Part shown: one piece after another, positions 1 to 7,605 of the stretch
Layout: each line of letters opens with the position of its first letter
Numbering within the stretch: the first letter of the stretch is position 1
IMG/VR virus record: IMGVR_UViG_3300027566_000158
Location: 1-39,038 of that record
Reading direction: 5' to 3' (one strand)
Source: a virus
Lineage: Duplodnaviria; Caudoviricetes
DNA length: 39,038 nt
Made by a program: the position numbers and the translations under genes
The notes under the pieces: generated by a model
The model's input: the letters and a program-made list of their open reading frames with translations, nothing else
Told to the model about the DNA's origin: nothing
Database searches by the model: none

Positions 1-1619
1 TATTTTTTTTTAGAACTTCCCCATAATGTTATATCAACATCTCCAGTAGAGCTATCCCAGGTTATTCTATCAACCAACACTGATATAAGATATTTTTTCA
101 TATCAACCGAAGCATCATCTATAGTATTATAAAAGGTATTTAAGTTATTAACTATTAGATCTAAATCTAGGTCTAGTTCAACTATTTTTGCTTTGTTTGA
201 GCTAAGCAATTCTATTTTAGATTTTATATCATTAATTTCTTTTTCACGTTTTTCAATTTCAGCTATTATATACTTCCCAGCAGTAGAACTTGGGTTTTCT
301 GATAGTTGCTTTACTAAAGTTCTTATAGCATCTTCATTAGCAGATAAAGAACTATTTAATAACTCCAATTCACTGGATGAATTATCTGCAGCAGCTATTT
401 GTTTTTTAACATTCTTTAATTCATTAAGTAATAGTCCATTATCTTTGGTAACTTTTTTGAGCTTATCTATAACAATTGGTTCAATCTCATCAGTTCGAAT
501 ATTTGAATTATCACACCTAGTTCCTTTGGAATCAATTTTCATTGAGCAGCCATAGTAAAATCTTCGTTGGCCATCTTTATCAGTTGATCCATGTAATACG
601 GTCATAGGAGATCCACATTTACCGCATCTTATTAATCCAGTTAAAAGAGCATTATGAGTTTTACCAAGCCTAGGAGCTTTACTTTTATTAGTTTTTAAAG
701 TATCCTGAATTTTCAACCATGCATTAGCATCAATTATACCTTCATGTTTAGCTATAGCTGCAACCCATTCTTCAGTATCCCTATATTGTTTTTTACCTTT
801 CTTTTTATTATAAGTAAGTATTCCATGCTTACTATCAGGAGTACCAACACAAGTAATATCTTTATCTCTAAGGAACTCAAATACTTTATCATTTGCTCTA
901 ACGTAAGTAGAACTTTGAAGCAAATCAGAAACAGATCTAACATTCCAATCAGCTCCAAGTTTAGTTTTAAAATTGTTTTCTAATAAGTACTGGTTAACTT
1001 GCCTTAACGATTTTAACTCTAGGTATTTTTCATAAATTAGTTTTACTAGCTTTAGCTCATTATCTACTGGAGACAACTTATACATAACTCTTTCTTTATA
1101 TTCATGGTCCATGAATATGATTTTTTCACTTTCAAAACCTAAGGGAGTTTGTCCTCCAAGCCATCTTCCAGACTTAGCAAGTTCAAGCATGTTGTCTCTA
1201 ACTCTTTCTGCGATAGTTTCACGTTCAAGCTGGGCGAAAACAGATGCTATATATACCATTGCCTTACCCATTGGAGTGCTAGTATCAAATTGTTCTTTAA
1301 TACTCACAAAAGAAATATTATTATCCTGTAAAAGCTCAAGAGTAGAGGAGAAATCGGCTACATTACGACTTATTCTATCTAATCTATAGCAAATAAGTAC
1401 ATCAAATTTATTATTTTTAGCATCTTTAACAAGTTCCTGGAATTTAGGTCTATTAGTGTTCCCACCACTAAATCCTTCGTCTTCATATACAAGGAATTCT
1501 GTAATGTTTTTATCTCTCAATTGGTTTTGAGCATAGTCTTTACACATTTGAACTTGGTTCTCTATACTTTCACCTTTACCGGTGAATTTAGATTTTCTAG
1601 AATAAATTGCTGCTTTCAT
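1..1619 (-). CDS. Large serine recombinase (phage integrase), ~539 aa; probable stop codon straddles the window edge
   Basis: Missing from the ORF track. Manual translation from ATG 1619: MKAAIYSRKSKFTGKGESIENQ...YEDEGFSGGNTNRP...YRLDRISRN...FDTSTPMGKAM...FAQLERETIAER; zinc-ribbon CGKC later; ends ...LWGSSKKK then TA| at 2-1; RBS AGAAAGGA upstream. Confidence 0.95.
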   Translation of the reverse strand, partial: MKAAIYSRKSKFTGKGESIENQVQMCKDYAQNQLRDKNITEFLVYEDEGFSGGNTNRPKFQELVKDAKNNKFDVLICYRLDRISRNVADFSSTLELLQDNNISFVSIKEQFDTSTPMGKAMVYIASVFAQLERETIAERVRDNMLELAKSGRWLGGQTPLGFESEKIIFMDHEYKERVMYKLSPVDNELKLVKLIYEKYLELKSLRQVNQYLLENNFKTKLGADWNVRSVSDLLQSSTYVRANDKVFEFLRDKDITCVGTPDSKHGILTYNKKKGKKQYRDTEEWVAAIAKHEGIIDANAWLKIQDTLKTNKSKAPRLGKTHNALLTGLIRCGKCGSPMTVLHGSTDKDGQRRFYYGCSMKIDSKGTRCDNSNIRTDEIEPIVIDKLKKVTKDNGLLLNELKNVKKQIAAADNSSSELELLNSSLSANEDAIRTLVKQLSENPSSTAGKYIIAEIEKREKEINDIKSKIELLSSNKAKIVELDLDLDLIVNNLNTFYNTIDDASVDMKKYLISVLVDRITWDSSTGDVDITLWGSSKKK

Positions 1620-1635
1620 TATTAACATCCTTTCT

Positions 1636-1670
1636 AAAAAATAAGACCGAACTATAATAGTTCAGCCTAT
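1636..1670 (-). terminator. Terminator-like hairpin immediately upstream of the integrase RBS
   Basis: Minus strand ATAGGCTGAACTAT-T-ATAGTTCGGTCTTAT followed by TTTTT. Confidence 0.6.
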
Positions 1671-1782
1671 CTAATAAGTTTAAGTATAGCGATATAAGAA
1701 ATATAAATCCATATCTAATGTTATACTATTATTTTAAAAATTAATCTATTATGAATGATTTACCATGTAGTAAGTAAATATA

Positions 1783-1822
1783 AATAAAAACCCACTACAA
1801 GTATTACTTACTAATGGGCTTT
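1783..1822 (-). terminator. Rho-independent terminator after the radical SAM gene
   Basis: Minus strand GCCCATTAGTAAGT-AAT-ACTTGTAGTGGGT followed by TTTTATTT. Confidence 0.6.
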
Positions 1823-1873
1823 GGAAACAATAGAACTAATATAAAAAGCATTTGTAAAAATATGATTTTATAT

Positions 1874-2632
1874 TTATGAAATTGTACCGTTTTTAATATG
1901 ATAATCAATTTTATTTGTTGTACAAAACTCAATAACTTGATTACTTAATAAATTATAATATTCTTTATGATTCTTATATTTTGTAACTAAAGGATTATAA
2001 TTCATTCTGCCAAATATAATTTTATCAACAAATTTTATAGAGTCTAATAAAGTAATTAAATCTTGCTCAACAATATTCGGTGTTGGATATGGCTCAATAC
2101 TAACCCAGGTTTTAAATCCTTTATCATGAAGATATTTTAAGCTTTCAATTCTATCAGAAATTGGTGATGAATAGGGTTCAAATTTGTTTCTAAATTGCTC
2201 ATTAAGTGAGACTAAAGTTATGCCATATTCATTTTCTTTTGATAAATATGCAAGCTCTCTTGGAAGAAATCCTTTTGTAAGAGCAGTACATTTTATATTA
2301 TTAGAATTAAGGATTTTTATTAATTCAATACTCATGCTTGTTATTTCGGAATAACCATACATGAAAGGATCCGTAGTAAAACATAAATGAACAGAGTCTA
2401 TTTTATTCTTATATTTAGGAATTTCTTTAATAAGTAACTCTTTTGCGTTAATAACTAATTTGGGATTACACCAATCCTCGTAACTTTTTGCACGTCCAAA
2501 TCTTTTAGCCATCATATAAGCATAGCATGGGTAGGTACATCCGTGTGAACATCCTTGAACGTGGTTTATAGTGTAATCTCCATATTCAACATCTGTCTTA
2601 TATAGTAAACTTTTTCTTTGAATATATTCCAT
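1874..2632 (-). CDS. Radical SAM protein, spore-photoproduct-lyase-like (SplB/COG1533-type), 252 aa
   Basis: TINHVQGCSHGCTYPCYA cluster motif (CX3CX3C), TTDPF, LTK, SIEP motifs typical of SPL-like proteins; ATG 2632 has RBS GGAAAAGAGGG, so it is preferred over the track's 2671 start. Confidence 0.85.
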   Translation of the reverse strand: MEYIQRKSLLYKTDVEYGDYTINHVQGCSHGCTYPCYAYMMAKRFGRAKSYEDWCNPKLVINAKELLIKEIPKYKNKIDSVHLCFTTDPFMYGYSEITSMSIELIKILNSNNIKCTALTKGFLPRELAYLSKENEYGITLVSLNEQFRNKFEPYSSPISDRIESLKYLHDKGFKTWVSIEPYPTPNIVEQDLITLLDSIKFVDKIIFGRMNYNPLVTKYKNHKEYYNLLSNQVIEFCTTNKIDYHIKNGTIS

Positions 2633-2659
2633 AAATTTTCCCTCTTTTCCTTTGTCTAT

Positions 2660-2688
2660 ATTATATATCAAACAGATGTTCTGGTCAA
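2660..2688 (-). promoter_or_regulatory. Sigma-A promoter of the radical SAM gene with a LexA (Cheo/SOS) box in the spacer
   Basis: Minus strand TTGACC (2688-2683), 17 nt, TATAAT (2665-2660); spacer contains GAAC-ATCT-GTTT (2681-2670), matching Firmicute LexA consensus GAAC-N4-GTTY. Confidence 0.8.
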
Positions 2689-2695
2689 TTTAGTA

Positions 2696-3532
2696 TTATT
2701 TTTTACATATAAGATCTTTTCCAATTAAATGATGAGCTATATTATTTCCAAGTTTAATTGCTTTTTTATCCGGATTGGACATTGCAAAATAAAATAAAAA
2801 CAGTGGGGCATTATTACTATTTCTTAAACATAAAGGACATGTTACAGAAGGATATAGAGTTTTTAATCGCTCCCTAAAATAACAGCAAATTTCTTTTTCA
2901 TTAACACGTTTTACAGCAGTATTTCCATCAATATTATCTAAAAAATTAAACTGAGGATCTTTTTTATATAAAGCTTCCTCCCAATTTGTCTCTCCAAACA
3001 ACCTGTCTAAACTCTTCTTATTTGTATCTAAAATATTCCCTTTATTAGGCATATACCTTGCAGCGTAGGAAATAGGGTATAGACACCAAACATCTATTGC
3101 TTTAGTACTAGCTATTTTTGAGTGTGTAGAAAAATCAAATTCAAAACTGAATGGATCTATAAAAGCCAAAGCTCTGTAAAACGTCCAGTTATATTTTTTT
3201 ACTATCTTATTAATTTCTAAATTGCAATCCCCATTAATTATGGTAATTTTCTTATTAGGATATAGTTTTTTTAATTCTTGTAACTCGTTACACTTTTCTT
3301 CGTCATATTCAATAAATATATATTCATCAAATCTATCAATCTGTAAGGCAATCTTAGCTGAGCCATCCACAAATCCAGCCTTTGTATCACATCGACCGGT
3401 TCCTGCGAAAGCATCAATATAAATAAATTTATATTTTAATTTTTTTAAGGCAGTTGCATATGCTTTTAAGTAGTTTTCTATAACAGTAAGTTTTATTAAT
3501 GTCCATGCACCTCCAAATTTTTGTTTTGACAT
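2696..3532 (-). CDS. tcmP: Three-Cys-motif partner protein TcmP family (SAM-dependent methyltransferase fold)
   Basis: FGGAWTLIKL..YLKAY, YIDAFAGTG (motif I), GS..AL, FIE, GDCN, AFIDPF, C-terminal N..N.PLF.FYF; ATG 3532 with RBS AGAGGTG. Confidence 0.85.
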   Translation of the reverse strand: MSKQKFGGAWTLIKLTVIENYLKAYATALKKLKYKFIYIDAFAGTGRCDTKAGFVDGSAKIALQIDRFDEYIFIEYDEEKCNELQELKKLYPNKKITIINGDCNLEINKIVKKYNWTFYRALAFIDPFSFEFDFSTHSKIASTKAIDVWCLYPISYAARYMPNKGNILDTNKKSLDRLFGETNWEEALYKKDPQFNFLDNIDGNTAVKRVNEKEICCYFRERLKTLYPSVTCPLCLRNSNNAPLFLFYFAMSNPDKKAIKLGNNIAHHLIGKDLICKK

Positions 3533-3701
3533 AATTATCACCTCTATTTAAAGAATAATACTTATATGTTTCAAATGAATGTTTAAGGGTTGGTGCTCAA
3601 AGGCTCTCGAAATAGTCGTTATTTTATAATTCGACACAATGAAACAAAATACAACAAAATACTTTATTGGAATATTTTTCTCCGACTAGTTTAAAAAATA
3701 C

Positions 3702-4139
3702 TCAAATTATTTTTAATTTGAGTTTAAGTAGATCTATTGGAAGATTTTCCGCAGCAGCAACTTGATCTAAAGTTAGGTTTTGATACTTTTGCAATACTGC
3801 GTTATTAATAAGTAACTCAGCGGCAAATGTATTAGCTTCTATTTCATATCTGCTCTTTATAAAATGAGTGTTGCTTTCAAGAAATAAGATATTTAGCTTT
3901 GTGTGTAGGATAGCATGTCCTAATTCATGAGCACAAACAATCTTTTGTTCATGTTCTGATAAACTATTGTTGATATACATAATCTTATTTCTCTGAAAGT
4001 ACTGATAGAAACCTCTAACGCTAGGATCTAATTCTTTTAATATTACTGTACAATGTAAACAATCTGCTAATTCAATAGGGTCATTAGTTTTATATTTTTT
4101 TATTAGTTTGGACACTATTTTTTCTATACTTTTGTTCAA
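3702..4139 (-). CDS. ImmA/IrrE family metallopeptidase (anti-repressor protease)
   Basis: CAHELGH and EIEANTFAAELL motifs; directly downstream of the repressor. Confidence 0.92.
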   Translation of the reverse strand: MNKSIEKIVSKLIKKYKTNDPIELADCLHCTVILKELDPSVRGFYQYFQRNKIMYINNSLSEHEQKIVCAHELGHAILHTKLNILFLESNTHFIKSRYEIEANTFAAELLINNAVLQKYQNLTLDQVAAAENLPIDLLKLKLKII

Positions 4140-4182
4140 ATATATTACCTCCAGGTAACGACTATTAACCCATATAATTAAT

Positions 4183-4650
4183 TTATTTATCTTTCTTATT
4201 ATATTTCTTAGGAGTATATTTTTCTTTATTCTTTTGTTTTGCTAGTGCCATGCCCATTTCCATAGCTTGAAGTATACTCTCTATAGCTTCAGGGGTAGCT
4301 GGTTCTCCATCGAACATTAAACCTTCTGAATTTTCTAGTTGTTCTTTAGTTTGTTTTAATATCTTAGAAATGTCTTTTTCATCTTTTTTAGTGAGTTTAG
4401 TTTCTTCATTTAATTTGTTATCTATATAACCAGACAATTTCATTAAGTACTCATAAGATGTCTTATAAGCATTACTAATTAATTGTAGTGTTTCTGGAGT
4501 AGGCTTAATAGGTGCATTATTTCTAGGATCAAATCCTTTTTCTAATGTACTTAAATATGAGTGGCTAATGCCTATAGACTTAGCTGCATCTCTTAAGCTT
4601 AATTTTAATTCAGTTCTTTTACTTATTAGAAAAGTACTTAAATCTTCCAT
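4183..4650 (-). CDS. XRE-family HTH phage repressor (ImmR/CI-like)
   Basis: LSLRDAAKSIGISHSYLSTLEKG HTH; C-terminal LMFDGEP...KYTPKKY tail; divergent from cro. Confidence 0.9.
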   Translation of the reverse strand: MEDLSTFLISKRTELKLSLRDAAKSIGISHSYLSTLEKGFDPRNNAPIKPTPETLQLISNAYKTSYEYLMKLSGYIDNKLNEETKLTKKDEKDISKILKQTKEQLENSEGLMFDGEPATPEAIESILQAMEMGMALAKQKNKEKYTPKKYNKKDK

Positions 4651-4672
4651 TTAAAAACCACCTCACTAATAT

Positions 4673-4792
4673 TGTAATGCAAACATTACAAAAATAAAAA
4701 TAAAATTTATAAATATTATGTATTACTTGCTTGACAATGTGTAATACTAGTATTACAATAAATACATAAGGAGGTGTAATACATGACGAACA
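4673..4792. promoter_or_regulatory. Lysis/lysogeny switch: 18-bp palindromic operators and the rightward promoter
   Basis: TGTAATGCAAACATTACA 4673-4690, TGTATTACTTGCTTGACA 4719-4736, TGTAATACTAGTATTACA 4740-4757 (perfect), TGTAATACATGACGAACA 4775-4792; + strand TTGACA 4731-4736, 17 nt, TACAAT 4754-4759. Confidence 0.85.
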
Positions 4793-5004
4793 CTGTAAGA
4801 AAGTTAAGAACTCAACTTAATCTAACCCAAGAAGAATTAGCTGAAAAACTAAACGTAGCACGACCAACAATTTCAAATATAGAAAGAGGTGTCTATACGC
4901 CTAATGGAAACTTAATGATACGTATAGCTAATTTCTTTGGAATACCAGCAGAACAAATTTTTTTTGAAGATGGTGTAATGCAAGAAGAACAAAAGGTTGT
5001 ATAA
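4783..5004 (+). CDS. Cro-like XRE HTH regulator
   Basis: LTQEELAEKLNVARPTISNIERG; RBS AAGGAGGT; first gene of the early operon. Confidence 0.9.
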   Translation: MTNTVRKLRTQLNLTQEELAEKLNVARPTISNIERGVYTPNGNLMIRIANFFGIPAEQIFFEDGVMQEEQKVV

Positions 5005-5113
5005 CTATAGTTTGTACAGTCCTTTAAAAATTAAATTAGGGAAACAGAGGATGGAAAATAGTACGGACTTTGTGAGAAAAGGGTAGATGGGGCTAAGAAT
5101 TGGAGGTAAATAA

Positions 5114-5254
5114 ATGTTTGAAGAAATGAATCAATTCAGATGCCCAAGTTGTAACAAATTATTATTCTTATACAGACTGAAAGGTACCTTAAAAATTGAA
5201 GTTAGATGTACTAGGTGCAACAAGTTAGCAATTTTAGAATTAGAAAACATGTAA
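5114..5254 (+). CDS. Com-family (Mu Com-like) zinc-ribbon regulator, 46 aa
   Basis: Manual translation MFEEMNQFRCPSCNKLLFLYRLKGTLKIEVRCTRCNKLAILELENM; RBS GGAGGT; RCxxCNKLL...IE.xCxRC pattern. Confidence 0.75.
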   Translation: MFEEMNQFRCPSCNKLLFLYRLKGTLKIEVRCTRCNKLAILELENM

Positions 5255-5328
5255 GGAGTTATTTCACCATTTAAAGCTATTAATCATATTCTAGATAATA
5301 AGGACTAATTGGATTGGAGGAGTAGAAC

Positions 5329-5493
5329 TTGGCTAAGCAAAATAAAATCAGAAATGTTATAGTACATTTTCCAACGGAAGAAAATGAAGAAGAGTTCCAA
5401 AGAAGAGCAGCCAAAGCAACAGCTGAAGTTCTATGTAAAAAGTATCCTCTACAAATGATAGATAAAATTATTGAACGCTTAGAAAGGAGATAG
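5329..5493 (+). CDS. Small hypothetical protein, 54 aa
   Basis: TTG start after GGAGG; MAKQNKIRNVIVHFPTEENEEEFQRRAAKATAEVLCKKYPLQMIDKIIERLERR. Confidence 0.7.
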   Translation: MAKQNKIRNVIVHFPTEENEEEFQRRAAKATAEVLCKKYPLQMIDKIIERLERR

Positions 5494-5495
5494 AT

Positions 5496-5729
5496 ATGCT
5501 GATTGCTGAAAATGTAAAAGGCTTTGAAAAGCTAACTATTAACGCTGACATGTTTAGAAAATTTCTAAATAATTTCTATAATTCCTGGGGAGCTGAAGCT
5601 AGAGAGACAATTAAGCCAATTAGTGTTAAGTGTTGCAATGATAATTCAGGAAAATATCTACGATTTGATTATAAGATTTATGGCAAGAAAGAATGGTTAC
5701 ACGTTACAAGTCCAACTACGTGGTATTAA
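5496..5729 (+). CDS. Hypothetical phage protein
   Basis: ORF track; RBS AAAGGAG; operon position. Confidence 0.75.
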   Translation: MLIAENVKGFEKLTINADMFRKFLNNFYNSWGAEARETIKPISVKCCNDNSGKYLRFDYKIYGKKEWLHVTSPTTWY

Positions 5730-5852
5730 AAAGTATACACCTGAGAAAGAGGCTGAAAAGCCTTTTATAAAAAATTATTTTACTAAAAAAAGAAAATACT
5801 TACTCAATATATTCTATGCTGCATGAAATGAAATGATTACAAGGAGGTTCAA

Positions 5853-5969
5853 ATGAATATTAAAGTTTTTAAAAGCTATATGAGAGCTTGTGAAAGCATT
5901 GGAGTAAGACCAACTTGGGAAGGACTAAATAGATTTAAAAATAAATTTGAGGAGGAAAAAAGTGAGTAA
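5853..5969 (+). CDS. Small hypothetical protein, 38 aa
   Basis: RBS AAGGAGG; MNIKVFKSYMRACESIGVRPTWEGLNRFKNKFEEEKSE; overlaps start of next gene. Confidence 0.6.
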   Translation: MNIKVFKSYMRACESIGVRPTWEGLNRFKNKFEEEKSE

Positions 5970-7593
5970 AATTAAAGTTTTAAAAATTAATAACTTCCTT
6001 GGTGTTGATGAAATTGGATTAGAAGCATCAAAGATAAATATCATTAAAGGTCCAAAAGGAAGTGGAAAGAGCAGCATAATAGAGGCTATCGAAAAGACAT
6101 TTACAAATAAAAATAGACGTACTGAGATAGTTAAACATGGAGCAGAAGAAGCAACTTTGTATGTAGAGCTTGATGATGGATTAGAAATAGATAGAAGAAT
6201 AAGAACTGATAAGGCTGATTATCTAAAATGTAGAAAAGAGGATGTAGCAATTCCAAGTACAGAAAAATTTCTTAGAAGCCTTATAAATGGAGATATCTTT
6301 AGACCTGTTGATTGGGTAAACATGGGGATAAAAGAACAAACAAAATCAATTTTAAGTATGTTGGAGATAGGCTGGTCAATGGAAGATATAGAAGCATGGT
6401 TTGGGGAAACTCCTTCTAATATCGATTTTAATCAGCATATTCTCCAAATACTCAAAGCTATAGAACTAAAGTACTACAATGATAGGCAAGAAGTCAATAG
6501 AGAGATAAATGAGCTAAAGACACAAATTAAGGTTATTCTAGATGAACTCCCAGCAGAATATGATGGCGAGATTTGGAGAGATAAGAAAGTCCAGGAATAT
6601 TATAACAAAGTTGCAGAAGCTCAAAAGATTAATCATTGGATTGAAGAGGCTAAAGCATTACAGTCTAATTTTGAAGATAAAGTCAACTCTATAAAAGCTA
6701 ATGCAGAAAGTGAAAAGTCTAGGATTCAAATGAAGTATAAAGACCAAAGACAAGATATTAAGGACATTATAGAACTTTCCAAAAATAAAATAGAGAAAGC
6801 TAAAGAGTTTATAAATAATTCTCAAGAAAAGGTTCAGCTAGAACATCAAAAGTTAGATGCACAATTAGAAAATGAGTACCAAGCATTATTAGAAAAGTAC
6901 AGAGAATTAAAAGATAAAAAAGAGAAAGAAGTTATGGCAGAAGCAGATAATCAGAAAGATCTAATTCACATTCAAGAAAATAAGATAACACAAAAGAATG
7001 AAGAGTTAAATTCACTTGATAATCTTGAAAAACAGGAACTGAAAGCAGTAGATGAAAAAACTGTCTCTGAAATTGAAAAAGAAGAGATTAGAGTAGGAAA
7101 AGCTGCTAATTATCTTAAGGAAAATGAAGTAACTGATATTGAGCCACTCCAAAATGAAGCTGATAAAGTTGCTGAAATGCAAAGTTACCTTAGACAGTGG
7201 GATATGATGCTTAATATTCGTGATGGAAAACTAGCTGAAAAGGAACGATATTCAGAATTACTTACTGCACGAATTGATAAAGCAAGAGTTCTTCCAGGAG
7301 AACTTCTTAAAACTGCGAAGATGCCTGTTGAAGGTATATCAGTTGATGAAAATGGCTTAATTAGAATTAACAGTACCCTTATAGATGGCTTAAGTGATGG
7401 AGAAAAACTTGAACTTGCTATGAGAATTGCTAGAGCTCAAGCTGGTGAATTAAAAGTTATTTGTATAGATCGTTTCGAAAGCCTAAATCCAGCAGCACAG
7501 AAAAAACTTATAGATGAAATGTCTAAGGATGATTATCAGTATTTTGTTACTAACACAATGTCAGATGAATTTGAAATTGAAAAAATAGGGTAA
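5962..7593 (+). CDS. SMC/Rad50-like coiled-coil ABC ATPase (phage recombination module)
   Basis: Walker A GPKGSGKSS, long coiled coil, signature LSDGE, Walker B ICIDRFE; GTG 5962 after GAGGAGG. Confidence 0.88.
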   Translation: MSKIKVLKINNFLGVDEIGLEASKINIIKGPKGSGKSSIIEAIEKTFTNKNRRTEIVKHGAEEATLYVELDDGLEIDRRIRTDKADYLKCRKEDVAIPSTEKFLRSLINGDIFRPVDWVNMGIKEQTKSILSMLEIGWSMEDIEAWFGETPSNIDFNQHILQILKAIELKYYNDRQEVNREINELKTQIKVILDELPAEYDGEIWRDKKVQEYYNKVAEAQKINHWIEEAKALQSNFEDKVNSIKANAESEKSRIQMKYKDQRQDIKDIIELSKNKIEKAKEFINNSQEKVQLEHQKLDAQLENEYQALLEKYRELKDKKEKEVMAEADNQKDLIHIQENKITQKNEELNSLDNLEKQELKAVDEKTVSEIEKEEIRVGKAANYLKENEVTDIEPLQNEADKVAEMQSYLRQWDMMLNIRDGKLAEKERYSELLTARIDKARVLPGELLKTAKMPVEGISVDENGLIRINSTLIDGLSDGEKLELAMRIARAQAGELKVICIDRFESLNPAAQKKLIDEMSKDDYQYFVTNTMSDEFEIEKIG

Positions 7594-7605
7594 GGGGTGA
7601 ATTAG

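Noticed and set aside
1-11. A-run at the integrase 3' end as a possible frameshift site, and a possible att site
   Set aside because: Followed by TA| at the window edge, most simply a stop codon; flanking sequence is not available, so neither can be assessed.
193-1389. Several short ORFs in the track (193-555, 744-983, 752-958, 1111-1389, 1149-1331)
   Set aside because: Shadow or off-frame ORFs over the minus-strand serine integrase.
1649-1663. GAAC-N7-GTTC as a second LexA box upstream of the integrase
   Set aside because: Spacer is 7 not 4; better explained as the core of an RNA hairpin.
5051-5113. Two tiny ORFs (MENSTDFVRKG, MGLRIGGK) between cro and the Com-like gene
   Set aside because: Too short and without independent support.
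5623-5826. Alternative-frame 67-aa ORF
   Set aside because: Overlaps 5496-5729 and has no clear RBS.
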